Assembly (NCBI GenBank): GCA_001004265.1
Contig: LCQS01000005.1
Location: forward strand, 5,371 to 69,370
DNA from: Parcubacteria group bacterium GW2011_GWA2_51_10
GTDB lineage: Bacteria; Patescibacteriota; Minisyncoccia; Phycocordibacterales; UBA2100
Direction of reading: 5' to 3'
DNA: 64,000 nucleotides
Shown: positions 17,089-25,550 of the stretch, piece by piece
How the letters are laid out: every line of letters starts with the position of its first letter
Numbering within the stretch: position 1 is the first letter of the stretch
Position numbers and translations under genes: made by a program
The notes under the pieces: generated by a model
What the model was told of the DNA's origin: nothing
The model's database searches: none
What the model saw: only the letters and a program-made list of their open reading frames with translations

Positions 17089-17155
17089 CGCTCGCTGATA
17101 TTGGGAGAAAAGGCAAGCGCTCGGGATGAGCGAGCGCTTTTCATGCGGGCTGTGG

Positions 17156-17407
17156 TCAGACGCGCCAGCGACTGTCCGGCGGAACTTCTGCGGCGGCATT
17201 GAAGAATGTTACGTATGCGTCCCTGGCAAGCTGTTCCGCGGCTCTTTTGCTGCCTGGAGCCGTAAACTCGCCGCTCACCCATACGTAGAGATCGCGGATC
17301 GCGTGGCCCTTTCCTAGAAAGGCTCGGCGCAGCTCGTCAATGGTATCTCCCTCTAAGTCGATAATTTCGATGTCGTGCGGCGGATCAAGCAAGGCTATTG
17401 AACGCAT
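17156..17407 (-). CDS. hypothetical protein (83 aa)
   Basis: A strong SD (AAGGAGG) lies 4 nt upstream of the ATG at 17407 (MRSIALLDPPHDIEIIDLEG...). No family recognised. The upstream extension to 17482 lacks an SD. Confidence 0.5.
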   Translation of the reverse strand: MRSIALLDPPHDIEIIDLEGDTIDELRRAFLGKGHAIRDLYVWVSGEFTAPGSKRAAEQLARDAYVTFFNAAAEVPPDSRWRV

Positions 17408-17482
17408 GTTGCCTCCTTTTTGGCAGCTGCGATTATAACCTGGACTTTTCGGTTGTGGCAAAGGTGTTATAATTTTGTGCAT

Positions 17483-18106
17483 ATGGAATCCGTTGTTATT
17501 GGCGTTCTCATTATTATCCTCATCGCGAGCGCGCTTTTTGATGTTATCAGCTGGTCGTTTAATGCGGTTGCAATACTTGCATTGGTGATTGCGTGGGCGA
17601 TCATCATGTACAACAGGCTCATTCGGCTCACGAATCGCTCCGAGGAGGCGTGGTCAGATATAGACGTGCAACTGAAGCGCCGCTACGATCTTATTCCGAA
17701 TCTCGTGAATACAGTGAAAGGCTATGTTACTCATGAACGGGGAACTCTCGATAGCGTCACAGAAGCGCGAACGCGCGCGATGAACGCGCAAACAGTCGAA
17801 CAGCATGCGCAAGCGGAAAATATGCTGACGGGCGCACTGAAGACTCTGTTTGCGGTTGCAGAGAATTATCCGAATCTGAAGGCGAATGAGAATTTCGTTG
17901 AGCTCCAGCGGGAACTTTCGGATACGGAAAATAAAATCCAGGCGGCACGTCGCTTCTACAACGGCGTTGTTCAGGAACTCCAAAACGCGCTCGAAATGTT
18001 CCCGTCGAATATCGTGGGAAATATGTTCGGCTTTAAGACGCGCGAATTCTTTCAATTGAGCGAGGCGGAAGGCGCAGCTCGCGAGCCGGTAAAGGTCAGT
18101 TTCTAA
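17483..18106 (+). CDS. LemA family protein
   Basis: An N-terminal TM helix, then MYNRLIRLTNRSEEAWSDIDVQLKRRYDLIPNLV...ENYPNLKANENF..LQ.EL..TENKI..AR..YN. Confidence 0.85.
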   Translation: MESVVIGVLIIILIASALFDVISWSFNAVAILALVIAWAIIMYNRLIRLTNRSEEAWSDIDVQLKRRYDLIPNLVNTVKGYVTHERGTLDSVTEARTRAMNAQTVEQHAQAENMLTGALKTLFAVAENYPNLKANENFVELQRELSDTENKIQAARRFYNGVVQELQNALEMFPSNIVGNMFGFKTREFFQLSEAEGAAREPVKVSF

Positions 18107-18168
18107 TATTACATATCGAACAGCTCGGTCCTTTCGACCGAGCCGTTTCGCGTTGGAGCACGATAATC

Positions 18169-18531
18169 TCAAAGCCACGCAGCCCAGACTGCAGCAGCGA
18201 ACAACGAATCGCTTGGATGGGGCATCATGACGCACCATACCTCGAAGGCGTGCGTCTTACCGTAGTAGTGTGGTGGCTCGTAGCGCCACGTACGTGAGAT
18301 CTCGACGAGCTGTCGCACCATCCCTTCCACGCTTAAAGGACTACGGATTGCTACGGCGTCAAAAGCATGCTCGGCGAGCAGGAGACGGCCCGAACGCGGT
18401 TCGCCCTCGATAGGCGCATAGTGGGTGAATCGTACGTCTTGATGCATGATTCTACCCAGTACAAATTTCAGGTATTCCGAATCCGCAACGATCGCAACTG
18501 GCTTTACGATTCGCAGGTCTGATCGTTTCAT
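18169..18531 (-). CDS. hypothetical protein (120 aa)
   Basis: An SD (AAGGAGA) lies 5 nt upstream of the ATG at 18531 (MKRSDLRIVKPVAIVADSEY...). It fills the LemA-HtpX gap on the opposite strand. No family recognised. Confidence 0.5.
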   Translation of the reverse strand: MKRSDLRIVKPVAIVADSEYLKFVLGRIMHQDVRFTHYAPIEGEPRSGRLLLAEHAFDAVAIRSPLSVEGMVRQLVEISRTWRYEPPHYYGKTHAFEVWCVMMPHPSDSLFAAAVWAAWL

Positions 18532-18634
18532 CGCACTCTCCTTGTGACTATCCTGCGTGAACAATAATGCAGCTATATTTAAAGTCAAAGATTCATTTAC
18601 AGATCGTTTTGCTAGCTATATGCTGCGTATTAAT

Positions 18635-19522
18635 ATGGCATCGCTATATACAGAACAAGGAAAGAATGTACGGCGGACATGGATGCTCATGACCATGTTT
18701 CTCGTTTTGATTATTGCGATCGGATACGCAGTTGCGTGGTATCTGCAGAACCCGAGCATTCTTTATATTGCTGTTGCGTTCAGTCTTTTTATGAACGTTG
18801 CGGCGTATTGGTTTTCGGACAAGATTGCGCTTGCCTCGACGGGAGCAAAAGAAGCCGACCCGAACGAATATCGCGAATTACATCGCATTCTTGAGAATCT
18901 CGCGATAACGGCCGGGCTCCCAAAACCGCGGGTCTATGTCATCAATGATCCTGCGCCGAATGCATTTGCTGCTGGCAGAAACAAAGAGCATGCGGTCGTT
19001 GCTGTTACGACCGGTCTTCTATCTCGCCTTGAGAGGGCGGAACTTGAGGGAGTGCTTGCGCACGAGCTCTCGCATATCGGAAATAAGGACATCCTCGTAA
19101 TGACCGTTGCAGTAGTTCTCGCCGGATTCATCGCGATAATTTCCGATATCTTTTTGCGCATGAGTTTTTTTGGAGGGAACAGAGAAAATCGGAACCCGCT
19201 TCTCGCGATTGCGGCCATTGTCGCAATAATTATCGCGCCGATTGCAGCACAGCTCATCCAGCTCGCGGTTTCTCGCCGCCGCGAATTTCTCGCGGATGCG
19301 ACGGGGGCGCTCCTAACGCGATATCCCGACGGTCTCGCATCCGCTTTGCAAAAGATAAGTTCGTACGAGGCACCTATGCGCCGAGCGAATCATGCGACAG
19401 CGCACCTTTTTATCTCGAATCCATTCGGTGCTCACGAAGCCGGGAAATTCATCGCAAAAATATTTTCTACTCACCCGCCAGTTGAAGAGCGAGTCACCGC
19501 ACTCGTTGGAATGCGTGTGTAA
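18635..19522 (+). CDS. htpX: zinc metalloprotease HtpX (M48 family)
   Basis: HELSHIGNKD (HExxH), four TM segments, and a C-terminal THPPVEERV. Start moved to MASLYTEQGKNVRRTW. Confidence 0.9.
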   Translation: MASLYTEQGKNVRRTWMLMTMFLVLIIAIGYAVAWYLQNPSILYIAVAFSLFMNVAAYWFSDKIALASTGAKEADPNEYRELHRILENLAITAGLPKPRVYVINDPAPNAFAAGRNKEHAVVAVTTGLLSRLERAELEGVLAHELSHIGNKDILVMTVAVVLAGFIAIISDIFLRMSFFGGNRENRNPLLAIAAIVAIIIAPIAAQLIQLAVSRRREFLADATGALLTRYPDGLASALQKISSYEAPMRRANHATAHLFISNPFGAHEAGKFIAKIFSTHPPVEERVTALVGMRV

Positions 19523-19537
19523 ATACGGTTTACCAGG

Positions 19538-19598
19538 ATGTGCCCAGCCGTAGTTTTGTCGAAATTTTGATAGCGCAAAACTACGTCCGGGTGTGCAT
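19538..19598 (+). repeat. hairpin repeat family C, copy 1
   Basis: aTGTGCCCAGCCGTAgttttg...caaaacTACGtCCgGGTGTGCAt. The conserved base is shared with 63087-63144, and the apical stem is different but still complementary. Confidence 0.5.
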
Positions 19599-19671
19599 AA
19601 CGTCATGGCGCCTTCCTGAAAACGGGGCTACGCTTTAGAGCGTCGATTAGCACACATTAAGAGTCTTAGCT

Positions 19672-20076
19672 ATGTCAAATGTATTGACACCGCGAGGATT
19701 CCTTCAGGTCGGAGGGATCGTCCTCGTATTAATCGCGATTCTTGGGTACGTCAATGTTATTGGTCCTACACCGGAGGCTTCCATCTTCGGTCCCGGCTGG
19801 TACTTCGATAATGCCGAGAATGTCGCGCATCTTGTTTTGGGAATCGTTGCGCTTCTTGCCGCGTTTTTTGTAGGAGCAGGAGTGCAGAAACCACTTGTAA
19901 TTATTGTCGGTGTCGTGGGAATCCTTGTGGGACTCTACAGTCTCTTCGGGGACACGATGCTCCTCGGAGCAGGTCTTCAGAATCCTGCTGACACGCTGCT
20001 ACACCTAGTTGTAGGCGCATGGGCGCTTTGGGCTGGGCTGAAAGGAGCTGCAGCATCTCCAATGGCATCGATGTAA
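19672..20076 (+). CDS. small polytopic membrane protein (DUF4383-like)
   Basis: Four hydrophobic segments. FDNAENVAHLVLGIVALL resembles the N..HN.VHL..G pattern recalled for DUF4383. Confidence 0.55.
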   Translation: MSNVLTPRGFLQVGGIVLVLIAILGYVNVIGPTPEASIFGPGWYFDNAENVAHLVLGIVALLAAFFVGAGVQKPLVIIVGVVGILVGLYSLFGDTMLLGAGLQNPADTLLHLVVGAWALWAGLKGAAASPMASM

Positions 20077-20096
20077 TCTTTTTTAGAAGAATTGCA

Positions 20097-20141
20097 GCAA
20101 ATCCCCGCACCGCCAGATGGCGGATGCGGGGATTTGCTTTT
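20097..20141 (+). terminator. intrinsic terminator
   Basis: gcaaatccccgca-ccgcc-agat-ggcgg-atgcggggatttgc followed by TTTT. Confidence 0.75.
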
Positions 20142-20232
20142 GCCAAGAATCCCATACAAATTAGTCGCCGATCTCGCTCTTTCTGCGGAAAGAGCGGGAG
20201 AGTCGGACAACTCGCATTTGCAAATTCCTGAC

Positions 20233-20320
20233 TGGCGGAGGCGGAGAGATTCGAACTCTCGATGCCTTACGGCATGCCGCCTTTCCAAGGCGGTGGAATA
20301 AACCACTATCCGACGCCTCC
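20233..20320 (-). tRNA. tRNA-Ser (anticodon GGA), CCA encoded
   Basis: The minus strand reads ggaggcg-tc-ggat-agtggtttat-tcca-c-cgcct-tGGAaa-ggcgg-catgccgtaaggcatc-gagag-ttcgaat-ctctc-cgcctcc-g-cca. It has the long variable arm typical of Ser. Confidence 0.9.
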
Positions 20321-20644
20321 AAACGTATCAAACGTACACGAGAGTCGCGATACTCGCGCAATAATACTCGGCCGCCATTTCTGCAGACGCATACACAGAG
20401 TTTCAAACGTTATGTGCCGCTCAAGCGATGGGACTTTACCGTCGCCCAGCAGTTTGTCTGTCAACGCGTCCATTTCGGCGATGATTTCTTCATCGGAAAT
20501 GCTCATATCTTCCATTGCTTTTGCGAGACGAAGCGGATGCATATCCACCTCCACGAAGTTGAGACTTGCTGCACTATAGCGCACTCGTTTTCTCGATGGA
20601 AGCACATCTTTGAACGAAACCTTCACCAAATTCTCAGTTCGCAT
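20306..20644 (-). CDS. hypothetical protein (doubtful)
   Basis: 112-aa ORF with no SD. Its 3' end overlaps the 5' 15 nt of tRNA-Ser. No family recognised. Confidence 0.3.
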   Translation of the reverse strand: MRTENLVKVSFKDVLPSRKRVRYSAASLNFVEVDMHPLRLAKAMEDMSISDEEIIAEMDALTDKLLGDGKVPSLERHITFETLCMRLQKWRPSIIARVSRLSCTFDTFGGVG

Positions 20645-20713
20645 GTATTACTTTAAAAATGGGTGCGGGTTCTTGCCCGCCCTCGACATTCGCACGTATT
20701 TATTAATTGTTAA

Positions 20714-21814
20714 TTGATTATATCTATCACTATGCAATCCATCCCTATATCTCATCGTTTATTCGCGTTTCTTATTGTCGTAGCAGTCATTCTGGGAACG
20801 GCGTCAATCGCGAATGCACTTCCTGTCTCCGGCAGAGATTTAGCGCAGAGCATTATCTGTAAAGTATTCAGCGATCTGCAGGCAAGAGGACTTTATAACA
20901 GAGGCCTAGCAGCCAGATGCAATATTATTCCACCTCCGACAACGGCAAAACTCGTTGTCGTCAAAAGTGTTCAGGGTAGTACGACTACTCCATCGGCATT
21001 TACCCTACAAGTTGTCAGCGGAAGTGCGACCACAACATTCAGCGGAAACGCTTCCGGAACCATACTAACATTTGCAGGGAATAGTGTGTTTACAGTATCG
21101 GAAAGTCCAGTAACGGACTTTTCTCCGAGCTTCTCTTCCGGGTGTTCCGGCACATTACTTCCGAATAGCACAACTACATGCACAGTGATCAATACCTTTA
21201 CGGGCACGACGACAGCGACGACGAGCACACTTAGAATCGTGAAGATTGTAGAGGGCGGAATAGCAACATCGTCTGATTTCCAGATCAGTCTTAAAAAAGA
21301 CAATGTTCACGTCACTGGTTCGCCGCAAGCGGGCTCAAGTATAGGAACAACTTATAGCAATCTTGCATCAAGCACATATGAAGTGAGCGAAACTGGTCCA
21401 GCAAATTACGATGCTGTCTTCAGCGGTGCGTGCAATGGAACGAGTACCATCATGCTCGCAGCGAGCACGAGTGTGACCTGCACGGTAACAAATACGTTTA
21501 ATCCGCCGCTCATGGCAGACCTTACGGTATTCAAGATTGTTCTTGGAACTACGACGGCTACATCGTCTGATTTCCAGATTCATGTGAAGAGTGCCACGAC
21601 TTCTCTTGATGTAGCTGGCTCACCACAGGCGGGAACTGCTGCCGGGACAACATACTCACTTCCATTTGGCACGTACGAAGTATCGGAAACAGGCGATCTG
21701 ACGCCAGATGAGACTTCCTTCAACGGAGATTGTAGTACAAATGGCGGTATAACGCTCACGAGCACGACCACGAAGGCGTGCACAGTTACCAATACGTTCA
21801 ATAACGCGCCGTAG
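20714..21814 (+). CDS. secreted/cell-surface protein with three tandem ~95-aa beta-sandwich repeats
   Basis: A signal/TM segment is followed by three repeats. Each starts L.V.K.V and ends C(T)V.NTF (TTCTVINTF, VTCTVTNTF, KACTVTNTF), with a conserved Cys pair. It resembles prealbumin/Cna-B-like surface domains. Confidence 0.65.
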   Translation: MIISITMQSIPISHRLFAFLIVVAVILGTASIANALPVSGRDLAQSIICKVFSDLQARGLYNRGLAARCNIIPPPTTAKLVVVKSVQGSTTTPSAFTLQVVSGSATTTFSGNASGTILTFAGNSVFTVSESPVTDFSPSFSSGCSGTLLPNSTTTCTVINTFTGTTTATTSTLRIVKIVEGGIATSSDFQISLKKDNVHVTGSPQAGSSIGTTYSNLASSTYEVSETGPANYDAVFSGACNGTSTIMLAASTSVTCTVTNTFNPPLMADLTVFKIVLGTTTATSSDFQIHVKSATTSLDVAGSPQAGTAAGTTYSLPFGTYEVSETGDLTPDETSFNGDCSTNGGITLTSTTTKACTVTNTFNNAP

Positions 21815-21910
21815 CTCCTGTTGCTCGCCTGTCAGGCGCGGGTAGGCCCTTCTTCACACAGCACGAGACCAAGTTGCCACGAAGCTGCTTCCTGACAGCA
21901 TGATAAACTT

Positions 21911-22321
21911 TTGTGGATGGCTGAATTAATAGTCATAAAAATAGTGGGGGCGGCGATTCTTTCAACGATACTCGGATTTGTGTGGTTCCATCCGCGCGCC
22001 TTCGGCGCGATCTGGATGCGTCACGCGAGAATCACGCCTGAAATGGCGGAACGAGGAAAGAGGCGCGTGCACCTGTACGCGCTCGCGGGTTTTATTGGGA
22101 ATGCGATTGCCGCCTACGTTTTGTTCTACCTCCTTGCGGCATTTCAAATTTCCCTTAGAGAAACGGCGATTACACTCGCACTCCTCGTATGGGTAGGATT
22201 TACGGCACCGTCTTTATTGGGAATGATGCTATGGGAACAAAAACCGCTCTCGTACTACTCTATAAATGCACTCTACTGGCTAGTTTCTCTCGTCATCATG
22301 GCGATGATCCTCGTTCTCTGA
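21911..22321 (+). CDS. DUF1761-like membrane protein
   Basis: 136 aa, 4 TM. FVWFHPRAFGAIWMR resembles the DUF1761 N-terminal motif as I recall it. Confidence 0.55.
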   Translation: MWMAELIVIKIVGAAILSTILGFVWFHPRAFGAIWMRHARITPEMAERGKRRVHLYALAGFIGNAIAAYVLFYLLAAFQISLRETAITLALLVWVGFTAPSLLGMMLWEQKPLSYYSINALYWLVSLVIMAMILVL

Positions 22322-22323
22322 TC

Positions 22324-22815
22324 ATGAGGCGCTTTTTATTGATCGCTCTCTTGATTATTGCTGCAGCCATCGGGCTCTATTGGTTCAACGCTCAACCCGG
22401 GGCGCTCGATAATCCGATTCCGTCGTCTTCCGATGCTGAGATGTCTCCGGAAATGGCATCGTCAACTGTTCGAATTGCAGGGAAAGAGATCAGAGTAACC
22501 ATAGTGGATACTCCGGACGAGCGAAGCAGGGGCTTGAGTGGGAGAAAAGAACTTGCTCCCGATGAGGGAATGCTGTTTGTATTCGAAACGGACGGAGTCT
22601 ACGGCTTCTGGATGAAAGACATGCTGTTTCCCATTGATATCGTATGGCTGTCGGGGGGATGGAAGGTAGTTGATATTCATACACATGTCATGCCTTCCAC
22701 GTATCCTGCGATTTTCAGACCGCGCGGGCCCATTCGGTACGTTATCGAGATGCCTGCAGGGTCTGCGACGGAGTCGGGCTTAAAAATAGGTGACATAGCG
22801 CGGCTAGAACGTTAG
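22324..22815 (+). CDS. DUF192 domain protein, membrane-anchored
   Basis: The MRRFLLIALLIIAAAIGLYWF anchor, then GLSGRKELAPDEGMLFVF...YGFWMKDMLFPIDIVWL, the classic DUF192 core. Confidence 0.75.
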   Translation: MRRFLLIALLIIAAAIGLYWFNAQPGALDNPIPSSSDAEMSPEMASSTVRIAGKEIRVTIVDTPDERSRGLSGRKELAPDEGMLFVFETDGVYGFWMKDMLFPIDIVWLSGGWKVVDIHTHVMPSTYPAIFRPRGPIRYVIEMPAGSATESGLKIGDIARLER

Positions 22816-22915
22816 GTTTTTTTGGCGCGTTAATTTCCTTTTAGCCCTCTTCATTTTTCGAGAGTTGTCCACAGTTTTTTTTGATAGAAGTCTCGTTTAT
22901 CGAGAGCTACAATGA

Positions 22916-25199
22916 ATGTCCTTTAGTAACTTATTTTTCATGCGCATGACGAATCAAACGGAAAGCGTTAAGAGAGGAAGAGGGCCTGCCCTCGCACGGG
23001 CGGGAGCGGTTGTCGTTTCAGCGACTGCCGCGTTCCGCGTGTATAAAAAATATTTACCGAACATCCAGAAGCGCGACGGTCGGATCGTCCCATTCGAGTT
23101 TGAAAAGATCGGGCACGCTATTCATAAGGCGATGGTCGCGACGAATGAGGGCTCGAGTGATGAGGCGGTGGTCGTCGCGCACAAAGTGGCTGGGGAGATG
23201 ATGCGCATTGCCAAGACGTATAAGAATTTTTTGCCGACTGTCGAGGGATGCCAGGACGAAGTAGAGCGCCAACTCATCCTTTCCGACTACGCGGCGGCCG
23301 CAAAGGCGTACATTCTCTATCGCGCGGATCGCGCGAAACTTCGCAAGGAGCAGGGCGATGTTCCCGAGCACGTCCGCGCGTTGGCGCAGGAGAGCAAAAA
23401 ATACTTCAAAAATAATCCGCTCGGAGAATTTGTGTACTTGCGTACATATGCGCGGTGGATCGAGAGCGAACAGCGCCGAGAGACGTGGGTGGAAACCGTT
23501 GATCGGTACATCGGCTTTATGAAAGAAAATCTCGGAAACAAATTGAAGCCGCGCGAGTATGCGGAATTGCGCGAGGCGATACTCAAGCAGGAAGTGATGC
23601 CGAGCATGCGCGCGATGCAGTTTTCGGGAGATGCGGCTCGCAAGTGCAACACGTGTTTTTACAATTGCTCATTTACCGCGCCAGTGAAGTTGGAAGATTT
23701 TGCGGAGATCATGTATCTCTCGATGCAGGGATGTGGCGTTGGATTTGCGGTTGAGAGCCAGAATGTGCAACAGTTGCCGCAGATTCAAAAGCAAACTGGC
23801 GAAAAATTGGCGACGCACGTTGTCGCAGATTCAAAAGAGGGATGGTGTGATGCCCTCACGCTGGGTCTCAAGGCGTGGTATTCGGGGAAAGATCTAGATT
23901 TCGATTTCTCTCTCATCCGCCCGGCAGGATCGCGCTTAAAGACGATGGGAGGGAAAGCTTCTGGTCCAGAGCCGCTTCGTTCTCTTTTGGGATTTGCACG
24001 GGATCGCATTTTGAAGCGGCAGGGAAGGCGGCTGCGCAATATTGATGCTCACGACGTCATCTGCAAAATCGGAGAGTGCGTTGTTGCCGGCGGCGTGCGC
24101 CGCACGGCAATGATATCGCTTTCGGATCTGGACGATGTTGAGTTGCGGGATGCCAAAAAAGGCCAGTTTTTCCTTACGGATCCGTTTCGCTCTGTCGCGA
24201 ATAACTCGGCAGTCTACGAGACGAAGCCGACGAATGCTGAGCTTATGGACGAATGGGTCGCCCTTATGAAAAGCGGCACGGGAGAGCGCGGCATTTTCAA
24301 CCGCGGCTCGCTGGAGAAAACGCTTCCGGAGCGCCGCCTCAAATTTTTCAAAAAGAAATTCGGAAAGAAGAAAGGAAATTTCATCGGGCAGGTGGGCACT
24401 AACCCGTGCGGCGAAATTTTGCTTCAATCTCATGAATTTTGCAATTTGTCGGAGGTAATTGCTCGCGCGGAGGACACGGAAAAAACGCTCCTGCGGAAAG
24501 CGAAACTTGCGACGCTCCTCGGTACATACCAATCCACGCTAACGAAATTCAATTACATCTCGAAGGAATGGCAGGAGAACTGCGAACAAGAACGTCTCCT
24601 CGGCGTCTCCATTACGGGTCAGTGGGACTCTCCCGCTGTGCGTGATGCGAAGGTGTTGCGGAGGATGAATTCACACGCGGCACTCGCAATACTACATCCG
24701 GCGCGTCCGCATTTCGGCGACGGACTCGCTTTATAGAATGGTGCGCGACCAAGGCATCCCGACTCTACCGGAGGTGGGGCAGAATGCGAACGAGGCAAAC
24801 ACATTCGTGCTCGAGTTTCCCGTTAAAGCTCCCCAAGGATCAATTTTCAAAAACGACCTCTCTGCGATCGAGCAGCTCGAATATTGGAAAACGGTAAAAC
24901 TGAATTTCACAGAGCACAATCCCTCCGCGACGATCTCTGTCGGGGAAGAGGAGTGGGTGGCAGTCGTTGCGTGGATCTCGGAAAACTGGGATATCATCGG
25001 CGGTCTCTCGTTCCTTCCTCGCGAAAGCCACGTGTATCGCCTCGCACCGTATGAAGCCATCGATAAAAAAACATACGAGGCTCTCATGAAAAGATTCCCA
25101 CAGATAGATTACTCGAAACTCGTGATCTACGAGCGCACGGATGAGACGGAGCAGGCGAAGGAGTTGGCGTGCGCGGGCGGGACGTGCGAGATAGTTTAG
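22916..25199 (+). pseudogene. nrdJ: class II (adenosylcobalamin-dependent) ribonucleotide reductase with an ATP-cone, interrupted near 24666
   Basis: ATP-cone NIQKRDGRIVPFEFEKI, active site TNPCGEILLQSHEFCNLSEV, and C-terminal redox pair ELACAGGTCEIV. The frame changes at ~24666: frame 0 opens after the TGA at 24666-68 and encodes IHTRHSQYYIRRVRISATDSLYRMVRDQGIP. Confidence 0.85.
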
Positions 25200-25203
25200 C
25201 GCC

Positions 25204-25302
25204 CGAGATATCATGCTCTTCGGGTCGCTGTCTGCGCGTGCTCGCGCAGCGCTCACTCTCGGGCCGCCGCCCTGCGAGAGACCCTCATAGCACGATACCT
25301 CT
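25204..25302 (+). repeat. three-way-junction structured repeat (family A, copy 2)
   Basis: Core ggGTCGCTGTCTGCGCGTGCTCGCGCAGCGCTCACTCTCGGGCCGCCGCCCTGCGAGAGACCc. The outer stem gagatatcatgctcttcgggtc / gaccctcatagcacgatacctc is imperfect. It starts ~5 nt after the nrdJ TAG. Confidence 0.7.
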
Positions 25303-25515
25303 CGCTTGCTGTTGTTTTAAGAATCAACATCCTGCTGCGTTTGCCTTGCTCGTCAAGCATATGCCGCAAAAGAGTTTCGCAAAAGAGAATGGTGGTTGGA
25401 AAAAAGAGAAAGCCCGGAGAAATTCCCGCAGCTTCATCTTTCCGACAGCCGAACGTATATCTTGTGTCATTTTCTCTCCTTCGAGAATGTTGTTCCGGGG
25501 CTAATATGCTACACA

Positions 25516-25544
25516 TTGACGGTAGTGTCAATGATTGGTAAGAT
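25516..25544 (+). promoter_or_regulatory. candidate promoter of rnpB
   Basis: TTGACG (25516-21), a 17-nt spacer, then TAAGAT (25539-44). The predicted P1 5' strand starts 7 nt downstream. Confidence 0.45.
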
Positions 25545-25550
25545 ACATGC

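Noticed and set aside
15629-17116. 495-aa minus-strand ORF, with other long antisense ORFs at 15346-15741, 15754-16128 and 16360-17199
   Set aside because: It lies entirely antisense to groEL, which is unambiguous. The sequence is Arg/Cys/Phe-rich and low in complexity, typical of a shadow ORF in a GC-biased third-position context.
25290-25515. Possible extra ncRNA (tmRNA, SRP RNA or 6S) or the 92-aa minus ORF 25253-25531 in the gap before rnpB
   Set aside because: I saw no tmRNA 5' GGGG...tag-reading-frame feature and no SRP domain IV motif. The ORF runs through the family A repeat and has no SD. The region is left unannotated.
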